Assembly: GCA_026770705.1 (NCBI GenBank)
Contig: JANJGN010000034.1
Span: 5,580,001 to 5,644,000 of the forward strand
Reading direction: 5' to 3'
From: Isurus oxyrinchus
Taxonomy: Eukaryota
Length of the DNA stretch: 64,000 bases
Shown here: one piece after another, positions 26,450 to 38,753 of the stretch
Layout of the letters: every line of letters begins with the position of its first letter
How positions within the stretch are numbered: the stretch's first letter is position 1
Notes under the pieces: generated by a model
What the model was told of the DNA's origin: nothing
Seen by the model: the letters and a program-made list of their open reading frames with translations, nothing else
The model's database searches: none
Program-made: the position numbers and the translations under genes

Positions 26450-27929
26450 GTAAAATAATACATCATGTTCACAAGAAATAACCATCAAATGTTGTAGAGA
26501 AAATTAAAATTTGAACTCAGAAACCAATGAATAAAGATAGATAGAGAAACGGGGAGAGCTAAGAAAATAATGGACAAGGGGTCACATGAAGCAAGGAGGT
26601 AGAACATGGTGAGGGGAATGAGAATGAATGTGATTGGGTATCGGGAATTGAGTGACCGGCGGAAATGTGGGAAACAGCCAAAGAACTAGATAAAAAGGAG
26701 GAAAAACCAACAAAGTGAAGAGAAGAAAAGCATCGAAGAAACAAGTAAACAAGATAAAATGAAACAAAAAACAGTGAAAGGCTGTTTTCACACAATCGAT
26801 GTTTTCCCATTTTCTTTTTCCATCCAATGAAAAGGATTTTATTTCAGATGGTGTAACTGTTGTGATATACAGCAAAGTCACGGAAACAGGGAATAATAAT
26901 TGTGTTGGTGTAAATGCCTCGTTATTTGCAAGTTTCTAATAAACCTGCCAAAAAAAAGACATTCAAATCAATTTATCGGCTTTCAAAGGAATTAAACATA
27001 AAATTCATTGCTATTAATGATTACATGTGAATCGTGAGAGCAATTAGCAATAATTCCATATGTAATTTAGTTCGCAATTTTTATTAAGCACAAGCGGGCT
27101 AACCAGTTCAAGTCACCTGGGAAGAATCTGGTTAGGTTTTAATTTATATATTATAAATTATATATTTTGCTGCTCTAATTGTTAATCGCTTTCTTTCCAA
27201 TCCCTAAGTATTTGAATGTTTCAACCTGGTGAAATTATGCATGCTGATTGTAGCAAAACATATTCCACCCAGAGCTGTCTTTGAAAGAATTGGCAATCAA
27301 ATCAGTTAAATGGAAAACAAAAATCACCACCCAGGAGCATTCATCAGATGAAGCATAAATTTCCCTGTAAGGAGTTAATTCCTGGTCGTGACAGCTAAGA
27401 CACCTTTGGGACTAACGGATTGAATTTTATTCAATTACTTTTTTTAGATCACAGGAATAGCGCATGTATTAACCGTTAATTTTACTGATGCATCGAGCCT
27501 TCTAACAATAGTATAATTAAAATTCTTAGTTAATGTCAAAGACTAATTTCATCTTTTACATTGACACAAATATTATTATCGCAAAGTATGAAATCATACA
27601 ACCATAGACTGATTACAAAACAGCTGGAGCCTGTTGTTGCCATGCCTGTGCCTACTTTATGTAAGAGCTAATTAAACTGGACTGCCTATCCAGCTTGTTA
27701 CATAGGACAGTCTCTTATCAAATACTTCAGTCTGTCGTTCAAAATGTTTTCCTCAAAATTGAATTGTTAAACTCTCGAGCAATTTCTGCATTGTTTTCCC
27801 TCACCAGATAATTGGCAACTTCAATTTGAAACCGAAGATTATACCTTGCCCAAGGTCCCAGGAAGTAATATACACTTCGGAATCACTCGCTAAATGCAAC
27901 TAAACAGGACCACCATGTACATGGTATGG

Positions 27930-28095
27930 GTGGACTCCTTTAGCGAAGGAAGCCTGTCATACTCACCTAGTCTAGCCTATATGTGAATCCAGGCCCACAG
28001 AAATGTGGTTAACTCTTAAGTGTCCTCTGTGTTGGCCTGAGAAGCCATCGCATTGCAGGTAAATTAAGGATCGGCGCAACACATGAAAAAAGTAA
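27930..28095 (+). mobile_element. Partial SINE (3' part)
   Basis: cctttagcgaaggaagcctgtcatactcacctagtctagcctatatgtgaatccag matches the copy at about 62485-62545. Confidence 0.6.
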
Positions 28096-30843
28096 TTTAA
28101 AATGTATCATTTGTCAAGTAAACGGTCTTTACCCATTTTGTCTTCTCAATATTGTGATCGTTCCTTATATACACACGACAGTTACGTGAAGCATCACGCT
28201 GGACCAGTATCTTCTCACTAATGTGGGACGGCATCTCTCTTAACATTACCCACCGTATCAAAATTTCTGAGTACGAAATGCAATGTTGCGGACAGATTTG
28301 AGAGGGTTGTATGAGAAATCTGATCTCCACTGAATTATTTTATCAATTACATGGGTTTGATCAGGTCGTTGTATGCTGTTAGACAAGTAATTGCTTGAAC
28401 ATTGGTAATCATTGTGTAGAATAACAGCGGTGATTATTGTGACTGACAATATCTGAACTCTAATAATCTTCAGGCATTACATAGAATCTTTAGCTCATTG
28501 AGCGTTGTGAATTTTTAACCTATTGGCTGTCATTTGTCTTCCATTTCTGGATGCTTGTCACTATGATTACAAAGGAAGATATTTGGCATTCAGCCCGATA
28601 TCAGACTTTGCACATTTAGTTGGCTTTACGTATGTTGCTGGAGGTTTCGAATGCTTCAAATGATGTAGTAGCATCCGAGCAATCCCTCATGGCGTTAATA
28701 GGAAAAGCTTGGCCAGTCAACACTATTAGAACTTCAAAATGCAGCCTAATCCTTTCCATTTGTTTGTTAATTCATTGAAATCATTCCGTGGTGACTGACA
28801 CTTGCACTACTCCTACCAGGGTGGTGTATCTGCTTAATTGCAATGTGAGTTTTGCCACGACCATTAGTCACACTGAAAGGGTTTGGTTAGTTTATAATTG
28901 CACAATCAGTGCCCTTCGATTTCACCTGGCTTGCATATGTCATTATGTTTATGCAGTACGATGGTCATGCAGGAGACAAAACTCCCTCATGGCTTGCTTG
29001 GTTCCATTAACGGATGACAATAACTTAACATGAAGGCAGAGGTTGTAAATTTTGCCACCTTGCGAGGATCACTCACATTTACTCTGTCATTCAGTGGGGC
29101 TTTAAAAGTGTACTATTTCGGCTTGTCAAGAAGATATTTTTGGGGGGGTATTCCAATAGGTGTGGATTGGGCCACCAGACGTTGCATACCTCAATCTGTC
29201 GTATCTCATTCAAATCACAGTCACTGCTTCTTATTTCTACAATAACTAACAAAGTAAATGAATCCCAGCTGATGGATGCAGAAGTTGTGATATAATATGA
29301 GATGGCTCATATCACAAACCAATTGTCCATCATTGATTGACACTAAGCTTGTCCAGTTTTGATACTTCCAATTGATGAGCGATAAATCTTCCTGAATGGG
29401 TTTAATTTCGGAGAAAACATTTGCTGCCTTCTAATTGAGAAACATACATTTAATTGACTTTGTCTGTACCTTCCTAAGTCATTCTGTGTTTTCTGAATTA
29501 GTTCCAATCTCCATTTCTTTGCTTGCCTTCTGCAGTAAACATGACGAAGCTCAAACTTCCTGCAATGTATCATGCCGCCAAACCCCTGTTCTTATATGCT
29601 CTATTTTTAATTGTTTTATGTTTGTTTGTTACTCGGTGCGCATGGCAATCTTTGTCCAATTCGCATGTTTAATCAGGACCCACCGAGGAAGTTTTGCACT
29701 GGAGCGGATGAAAAACTTCCTCCCACTGTTTGCCCCAGGCGCCCTAATGTCACAGGAGCTTCCCACTTGATAGAATTTCTGTAGAAAGGCAAAAAAAGTG
29801 TCACCCTATTTTGACAGCAAAATAACTCCTGTAGCATTTCTAATTGAATACTGCCTATTGCCGTGGCTGTGAGACCCATATTCCCAGCCTCTGTAACTAA
29901 TCCAAATCATGTTCTCGTTCCAAGATGAATTACAAGCGTCTGATGTCTGAGTGTTTGGTGAAAGCTCAATTCTTGTACTGCTAGCCTCAGTGCTCAGAGG
30001 TCTGTGGAACTACGATTTGAATCAAAATATTGTGGTGCTTCCATGGTCCACTGCGGTCTCAGATGGTTAAAATATAGAAATGCAGAGCCTGCCATTTTCC
30101 CGTGCTGCTGTTAAACATTGAAAACCTTCAGACAACATGAGCTGACACAAACCTGTTTCAATTTTTCACTGCTGAGCATAAGTGCACCATGCACTCAAAT
30201 GAAAGGCTGAATAGAAGCACACAATCCTGACGACCTTGTGATGACACATCACATGTAATTGAATTGACTCTGCAGGCCATACACAATGTGGTAGCGTTAA
30301 ACATTTCATTCCTGTCCATGTGTAGAGATTCTAGTCAGGCCGACAAAAGGTGCTTCACAACATATCCTTCCCTCCATTAAAGAAACCTGAAGTTCTACTG
30401 TCCTGGTTACTTCATGCCATATACGTCCATCTCTCGCACACCAACCCATGTTTTTCCATGCACCGCAATTTTATTATCAACCAGTTAATCTACCTGAGAC
30501 ATTTGTTTATTTACATTTGAATGTTGCCAAATTTGCCATGAAAAGAATGATGTCCTCTAGAATATACAAAAATAGTAATCAAAGGGCCGTCTGCAACACT
30601 CTGCACCACTTCTAAAAAATAAAATATTTTAAATCCCATCGCCGAGACTCCATCGATAAGCCACCAGGAATGGTGAAAGCAACAGATGAATTGAACACGA
30701 GCACGTAAATTCGCCTGCTGCTGGTTAGCACAATTTTTGCATTCACCCGAATTCCCCTGACCTTGACATGTAACTATCCCTCTGCTGCTTCACAGCCGCC
30801 CAATGATAATTCTGAAACTGCATCCTTAACAGAGATGCGGTGT

Positions 30844-30909
30844 GGGGCCGGGGGGGGGGGGGGGGGGGGGGGGGGGAGGGGGTTGGTTGGGGTTGGGGGG
30901 GGAGGGGGG
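30844..30909 (+). repeat. Poly-G / G-rich tract (G-quadruplex-capable)
   Basis: Uninterrupted G run at about 30850-30876 followed by further G tracts. Confidence 0.85.
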
Positions 30910-31679
30910 CGGAAATCAGAACACGTGGACTGAAACAATTATTACGGAGTTCAGTGCCACCTTGTAAAGGCAATCCGGGATTGTCAATCAATTGGGTCTC
31001 ATATTCCATGAGCGAAGAGAAGATAACCACTTTAGATATTTGATACAGCTGATACATCTTGGGTAGCCCTCATGCCTGCTTTCATGCAATGCTCCCTTAA
31101 ATTGATGGTAAATTTTATTGAAATTTTAGCGGGCCAAAGCCTAAAGCTGAGGTGCAGAGTAAGCGCATAATGCATTTTTACTGTCTTAAAGTGTGCAATT
31201 TCAATATCACAGAACTATTCAGCGGCGAAGATGCAATTTGATACGCCATGGCCATGTCCGCTTTTTAAGATCACAAGCCAAACAGTCCCACTACCAAATT
31301 TTTCTCCTTAACATTTTATCACGTTCAGCACAGCAAGTAAATCAATCCATAAACCGTTCTTCACTCGGGAGTGCAACCTCTGGTTCCCCTGTCTCTTTGT
31401 ACAACTCGTAGAATATAATTTATATTTATAACACAAATAAATCAATGTTGCCCTATTTTGTATTCTATCAGCACGGAAAAATTCCTAACACAAGGAAAAA
31501 AACAACAAGAGTGCAAACCAAAAATATGTATAAGATTCTATTTGCGTAGATTGGATCTAGACTGGAAAATGCAGATCATTGAAGCTTCATTATCAGATGA
31601 AAAGTACAACATACTTGTCCACAAGTGTTGTACTGTTTTTCGTCAATCATTAATTCTGAATTTCTAATCCTCAAAATAG

Positions 31680-31706
31680 AGTCCAGAGATGCTCTGAATA
31701 AGCTAT
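31680..31706 (+). CDS. Micro-exon 12, 27 nt: ESRDALNKL
   Basis: tttctaatcctcaaaatag|AGTCCAGAGATGCTCTGAATAAGCTAT|gtaagt. Confidence 0.72.
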
Positions 31707-32969
31707 GTAAGTATTTGATATATGTTTAAAGAATGTGACTGCTTTACATGCATCCGAATGTATGTGAGGTGCAATGTGTAGCACTGATCATATGTCCTAA
31801 GGATTATTCAGGCGGCATGTTGCACGGCCCACAATATCTGCACTGCGTTGGTCAAGTCCACCAAACGTGGGCATTTCCGTTTTGTGCAAAGGAGTTTTTT
31901 GCAGTTATAATATGAGTATTTAGGAGTACTGAGTAGCTAAACCCGAATGGCGTGGACAAGATGTATCAGCTCGTGCATATGCATGTGCAAGGAGCTCTTA
32001 ACGCAAAATAGCCATAAATACAGCAGTTTGCGATCCAGGATAATCTTCTTTGTCAAAAGGGTGGCGACATGGTAGAACTAGCTTACACTAGATGCATTGA
32101 TGCGAATAGTAAAAAAGTTATAACAGAAGACTCTAGTCAGTAGGAATGAAATAGGTGGGGGACCTTTTCTTCCGCTCATGGCGATGGATGAAGAGGGATG
32201 GTGGATGTATTATTTGAAGTAAAATCAATTGCATGGAGCAGTTTTGTCGCCGTCTCTCCATTTTGCCTCTTCATTTGTGCTGTCCTGTGAAATTGTCGGT
32301 ATTTCTTTAAGTGCAGTTGAAGTGGAAGGCCCTGCATTGGAAAAGGCCGACTCAATGAAATTGTGCCTCGAATGCCTGCGTATGCTTTCATATAACGGTT
32401 CGTCAAATCTTCAACTTTGCAACTCGGAGACTGCCATTGACCCAATGTGATTGTCACTTGAAATAGAAAGCTGCCTAAATTATCTCCCATGCAAGAACAT
32501 GTTTCATTAAATTTCTTGGGAAATAATATTGATAGATTTCTTTTTCAGAAAAGGTCAATGGACAATATATCGTACTTGCAATTAGTGTGCAGAGTTGCAA
32601 CTAATAATTTGTATTCAAAATCATAGAACTAGAACCTCTGTTAGGTGTGCATATGGTGTTTTAGTCTATTTTAATTTTCAGCTCATGAGGTTGACTCAAC
32701 CACATTCACCCTCCTGATTGCATTTGGACCTAAGACTAGGAGGATTAATAGATGGTTGTGCTGTTAAGTCCAAGAAAAAATCAAGGACTCACTTTCTCAA
32801 TTCGGTGAGAGTGCAGCACCGGAAATGTCTGCAGCCATTCTAAACTCCATTGTCTTTGGTGGGAACGTAAAAACACGTTGCCTTAAAATTATACCTATTG
32901 CCTTCAAAGGAGTGTCAGTTGATTTCTTGAGGGTGAAGGAAATAGAGAGCAATGCAGGTAGGCTTATGA

Positions 32970-33725
32970 AATAACATCACATTGCATAGGATCAGAGGTA
33001 GGCCATTTAGTTATTCTAGCGTGGTGTTGCATTCGATAAGATCATGGCGACCTGTTTCTTGTCAAATCTACGATTTCCTATTTACCACCAATAACCTTGT
33101 GTCATTTGTCTATCAGAAATCCGTCTAAATTTGCCTAAAATGAATTCAATGACCAAGCCCCCACTTCTTTCTCTAAAGAGAATCTCAAAAACCAATCGCC
33201 CTCAGAAAGAGAAAAGAAAATCTCCTCTTATCGATCTAACAATGGAGACGTGCTATTATTAAACTATCTACGCTGGTTCTATTCTCCAGATAAAATGTAA
33301 TATTGTCTTTGTATCTGCCATGTCATGGCACCTCATGCTCAATAGTGTTCAATATGATCACCTCTCATCCCTCTAAATTCATATCGGTGAAGAGCCAATC
33401 CATTCAATTTTGATTATAAGATTCACGCTTCATCTTAGGAATTAGTTGAATCGTCCTTCTCTAAACTGCTTCTGCATCAACCAATTTTAAATTGAACTGA
33501 TTATTAATTATAAAACTCCAGGCGTAATCTCAGCAAGGCCATACGCAGCTGCCAAAAATCAATTTTCAAGTTTCATATTCCATTGCCTTTTTTAATAAAA
33601 CAATTTTGCCTCCTCCTGTACTGTATGCTATCTTTTCGTTTTGGTGGTGATTTCTACACCAGGATGCACAAGTTATCCAGTAAACTATTTTTTTCTTAAC
33701 CTATTCTTCCTGACAAAGTGGACCA
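32970..33725 (-). mobile_element. Decayed CR1-type 3' fragment
   Basis: atcacctctcatccctctaaattc and aatcgtccttctctaaactgcttc are reverse complements of CR1 ORF2 C-terminal motifs; CR1-like tail near 32985. Confidence 0.6.
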
Positions 33726-34020
33726 TTAACTTACAATCAATCTACTCCTATTCAGCGTCAAAGTCGGCAAAGTAATTTCAATAGTTCCAATGGGCGACAT
33801 ATTTTCAACAATATCTTGCTCACTGCTGCAAAGTTTGGGTTCCATCGGGGACACTCGGCTCTAGAACGTATTACAACCTCGGGCCAATATTGAAATGAAG
33901 AGAATATCATGCGGAATTGGCCAGGTTGATTGGAACGTAAATATACATTTTTATTAAGTATCTGATTGCTTGTTAATTAATTGTTGGGAATTATATTTAT
34001 TTTCATCGTTGTCTTCACAG

Positions 34021-34047
34021 CCAAACTGGTGAACGAAAGTATAAAAG
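34021..34047 (+). CDS. Micro-exon 13, 27 nt: SKLVNESIK
   Basis: tcatcgttgtcttcacag|CCAAACTGGTGAACGAAAGTATAAAAG|gtaaat. Confidence 0.82.
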
Positions 34048-35021
34048 GTAAATATGTATGATCAACGTTCAAACGTGTCCTTAATTTTGCATTGTGAACC
34101 AAGGAATTTGGCATCAAGTTGCGGATTATCAATGTGCAAATGACTCAAGTCGATGCCCCCGCTGTTGTGTCATTTTCTAGGGCACGATCTTAATATCAGG
34201 CCGCCACGAAAAATGTAAATTAAAGGATTTGCACAATGATTTGATAAAATGTAATCAGATTTTTATTTTGAAAATTTAATCCACGTAAAACATTACCAGG
34301 AAAGAAAAAATGAAAATGGCCATGGTTTCAAAACTGACAGTATCACAATAGGTGCCCATTGTTCATCTCGGCCAGTTTCAGTACCGTTAATTTCAATCAA
34401 ATCAATTGCCATTTGAATTGATTATTATGTGCATTTATATAATGACATATAGATTGGTAGGATAGTGAATAAAATACCTTTACGTTTTAAACACAGCTTT
34501 TTAACAGGACCACACATAATATGAAGGAACAGTAGAAAGCCAGCGTTCGGACTTAGTATCTTGTAGTCATCGAAATGTTGAACATACAACGAACAAATGA
34601 TCATTTCAAATTTTCTTTGCGAATAGGATACGAATTTGCATTTGAACTTGGGCTGGAAGGCAAACCAGCATAATAGTCATTGATATCTTTATTGATCTAG
34701 TACATGTTCAGTTAAACCAGCAGACCGAATAACAAGCTACACCTACCCTCGCAGTTAACAAGCTACGTCTCTCCGATATTTTATCTTCATTTCTTCAAGT
34801 CTATAGCAGAAATAATAAAAAAAAAGACAGAAATTTCTGCGGAAATGTTATTACCATGGACGTTTCTCTTCCGGTAGCATGAGCAAAGGCAGGCAGAAGA
34901 TTTGATAACATTGGTCTTAAGCTCATGCCTAAGATCTAAGTTTGACCTCATAATATTTAAGACAGACTTCACTAAATAACCCCCGATAAGAAAACACCTA
35001 AGTTTCAATGTTTTTGTTCAG

Positions 35022-35057
35022 ATTTAGATGCAATGAAGAAAGATCGAATGCCTCTCG
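35022..35057 (+). CDS. Micro-exon 14, class A, 36 nt: DLDAMKKDRMPL
   Basis: atgtttttgttcag|ATTTAGATGCAATGAAGAAAGATCGAATGCCTCTCG|gtaagg. Confidence 0.83.
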
Positions 35058-35819
35058 GTAAGGAAGCATAATATGAATTTTATGCTTTTGCTGGTAACAT
35101 TATTCGTTAAATTAACAGATATGGGTCCAGGAATGTGCAGTGCCTTTCATATATTAATGCAACGAGGACATACATTAGCTTCCTGCAAATTCCATCTGGG
35201 TATCGAAGTAACACTTACTATCGTTGTATTTAAAACTTCCCCTTGCCACACGCTCCCCAATAATTGTATCACCTTCTGACACCGTCAACCTAGGTCAATG
35301 CAATGATCCACATCTGACCTATTTTACCTTCCCGATTTCCCTAGCTCCAGTATTAGTGAACGGACGACACATAAGCATTGGAATTCAGCACACATGCGTC
35401 CACTCGACTTTCCAACTCTAGTTGTTCATTTATAATATTTATGCTCAATCAAAGATTTTTGGCCTGGATTTTGGTCATCTTACCATGGATAAACGTATGT
35501 CTAGATTTGTTTCATTACGTGTTCATTTGTAGCAGCATGCAACGCCTTATAATGTTTAATATTCCAGGTAAATCTAAAGCCTCCCTTTGTCAGGCTAAGT
35601 GTTCGAATATCTATTGGTATGTTTGCTCTGATGTTAAATCAGCGTTCCTGTGATCTGCATGCAAAAGTAAGTAGTGATATGAGCACTATGAGTAAATCGA
35701 TGCAATTAAATGACACTTTTGAAGAATATTAGGAGTTGAGTTAAATGCTCTTTGGTTCACAATTTATCATGTTTCAACTCATATTCAGCTTCACTGTTTT
35801 GTTCTCATATATGTTTCAG

Positions 35820-35846
35820 ACAAGAAACCGCCATTCACACACAAAG
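35820..35846 (+). CDS. Micro-exon 15, class B (Pro variant), 27 nt: DKKPPFTHK
   Basis: ctcatatatgtttcag|ACAAGAAACCGCCATTCACACACAAAG|gtgact. Confidence 0.8.
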
Positions 35847-37399
35847 GTGACTAACTACAAATCAGATTGCAGAGGTGCCCGCCACTCCAGGGCGCCGAAT
35901 CTAGGTGCTTTAAATGTATAGATATTAACTAAGAATGTCGGTAAGAGAATTTTTATTGGGAATAGCAATTAGCTCAAGTTCACGAGACGCATAGGCATTT
36001 TTTTCCATTACACAGAGGGAGAGTTTATTATGTCTAGTTTCAGGGGTGCAGCTCTATAAGAGAGGATCAAGGTGTTAAGTCACACAGCCAGTATAAGAAT
36101 GGCACCAAAGCTTTTGCCACAATTATGCATCACGCAGTAACACTAGCCATCTTGCCAAGTGATAAAACTGAACATTTTCCTGTTAATGTGCAAAATGTGG
36201 CCCTGGCTGCTACAGAGGGTTGCACATCTTCGTTTGCTACTGCTCTCATCGTCGCACCCGATAGTGGGACCCTGGATCGCTTTAAACCAGAAGGTGGAAA
36301 TTAAGATATTACCAGTGGGAAAACCTTTCAATTGAAGATTGTAGTTCACCTCCGAGGCCTGCATAATAACAGGGCCAGCTTTCTGGCAGCCAAGTTAGCA
36401 GCACATTTAGATATGGTCGCTGCAGAGGCTAAAGGGAAAAAAAAGAGTGTGCCTCAATGGCAAGCTGCATGAGGAGACAAGGGAATATTCCTAAATCATG
36501 GAGGATACAGCAGAAGTTGAAATCCTGAAGGTAAATACATTTTTTTTGCAAATATCCACCTTTCTGGCAACATCTAAGGCAAGTGGAACATATTTAAATT
36601 TTCAGGGTCTGACATGATACTAGGTTATATTTCAATTTGGACGGCGCCTGAAAGGTTGCCAAAAATCTCTCTTGTGCCGGGGCAAGATTCAGCAATCATT
36701 CGTTAGCATGGGCATCCGGCGTCACATCGGGGATTCCCCCAGCATATGTTCTGGCCCTAACCCCGCAGCTGTTCCCCACCTCTACCCAGGCACAAAGACA
36801 CATACCACACACGCAACCCGCGGGAATCTACCAGGATTTAGCAGGGCGCCCGGTGATGAGCTGCCAGTAAGTATGAAGCCTGAATAAGATCTGCTGGAGG
36901 CGCTAACTCGGACGATCTTTAGCACGTTACTTGTAACCATGGTGTCCCATGCGTGTGTGCCAATCGCAGGCATTTCTGTTCCTTGCAATACAATCAACCT
37001 GCAGGGAATTTTCGGGCACTCCTCCTGGCAGAATGGGATACTATTTTATTAGTTCATCATTCTCCAAGCCGTCTATATAAGTTGTTAAAATCAATAATGG
37101 CGAGTGCGTGTGCCAAAGCACATTGAGCCATTTAATGTGGAGTTATGCATATATATATCAGAGGGGGAAAAAAAGCTGCTTCGATGACGTTAATGGATTG
37201 AGGGGCACGGAATATGCCAGTGCCTCAAGGCACATCAATTCTCTGAATGAATTATTTATTTTCCAATGCTGCGTTTGTTGTTAGTCCGTACAGCCTGTCT
37301 CAGAAGGGAAATGCTGATGCTTGCTTCAACTATTGCCACGTAAATTTTATGAGTAAGTCGGTGACTGTCTAAGCAATAAAGGGTACATAAAATGGCAGT

Positions 37400-38520
37400 T
37401 GATGTCGTGGAACATTGGGAGGAGTTGTTATCATAAATGTACAAAATATTAAGTTCACATAGCCTCATTAATATGGGCTCCAACAAACTGCAGTGATTGT
37501 AAGATATTTAACTATGAAACATGGGATGATAATTTAACAGTTGTTATCTTGCTTGCCCTAGAAGCAATGGAGCCCCAAGAAATGATATGTTTGATCAGTG
37601 CCCTTTGGTTTGTCTTACAATACGCGCAGTAGAATTTTGGTTGCGCTCAGGTTTTCAGAAAATGGATGGTGCCATGGCCTCCAGAGTGTATTGATATAAT
37701 CGTTGAAGGTTTCATTAGCAACGTCGTTGAGAAAACAGGGGCACGTTTGTTTCACAGTTGAGGGAGCATGTGATTCAGACTTTTGACAGAAAATGGAGTT
37801 GCAAATAATGTTCAATCTTTGAACTTAGCAGGGCTCGTTAAACAAACAGCCAATAAATGGATATCTGGACTTTGTAATTAAAGGCGTCAGTTACAAAAGC
37901 CAGGAGGTTTTTCTGAATTCGGATGACGCAAACGTGTGGCTACAGTTCGCCCTGCATTAGAATTCTAGACAGCACACTCCAGATTTCCAGCATCCCCATA
38001 CTTTTGCTTTTACCATTCTGTCACATCCTGAATACAGCTCAGGGAGTTTTTTTTTTATCCTAATGGGCCAAGGATCAGGAATTGCAGTGATATGGAAAGA
38101 ATTGAGAAAAAAACAAACTTTTGTTCTGTTCGGCTTGGATCAGGGAAAGCTAAGATGAAGTTTGAAAGCAGAGTTGAACTTTTTACATTAAGGCATAAAG
38201 AAAGTAAATAAAAAAATGTTTGCAATGGCTGACTAAACGGCACTTGTGGAACGTCTTGAGAAAACGACATGTATCACATAAGGAATCAGTATTGTTTTAA
38301 TATAAGAACACAAAGTGTGTTCGATGCATTGCTAATTATACTGACATAAATAGATTTGGCAGTGGCCTTCGGAAATAAATTGAACAATTTTTTTTCCTGG
38401 AACATTATTAGACTAATGGAGAAAGGATTGGAGAATTGAAGTTGGAGATTGCTAAACGAAAAATTGAGTGCAGGCTAGTTACACTGTATGATCTCGACTT
38501 GTCTTCTCTCCTTGTTTTAT
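37400..38520 (+). mobile_element. Decayed CR1-type RT / 3' fragment
   Basis: Residual CR1 motifs (aaaagccaggaggtttttctgaa; cggcttggatcagggaaagctaagatgaagtttg). Confidence 0.45.
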
Positions 38521-38726
38521 TCAGGGCCGAAATTCCATGATACTTTTCGCCGTCAAACTGAACACATTATTACGGGCTGAGAATAAGTCTGCTGGACTTT
38601 GCACTTTTGTAATCTTTGATCGATGAATTAGTTTTATCACAATAGTTTTAACCACATTATATGCTGCTGAATATTGGATGTTGATATGAATCTGTGGTGT
38701 ATGATTACCTTTCATTCCCATTACAG

Positions 38727-38753
38727 ATTTGTCAAAGATTAATGACGCTCTGG
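38727..38753 (+). CDS. Micro-exon 16, 27 nt: DLSKINDAL
   Basis: ctttcattcccattacag|ATTTGTCAAAGATTAATGACGCTCTGG|gtaaaa. Confidence 0.8.

Noticed and set aside
27209-27228. 20-nt candidate exon TATTTGAATGTTTCAACCTG|gtgaaa
   Set aside because: Not a multiple of 3 and no similarity to the exon classes.
27448-27465. 18-nt candidate exon DHRNSA
   Set aside because: Poor donor (gtatta), and it would create TAG when joined to exon 12.
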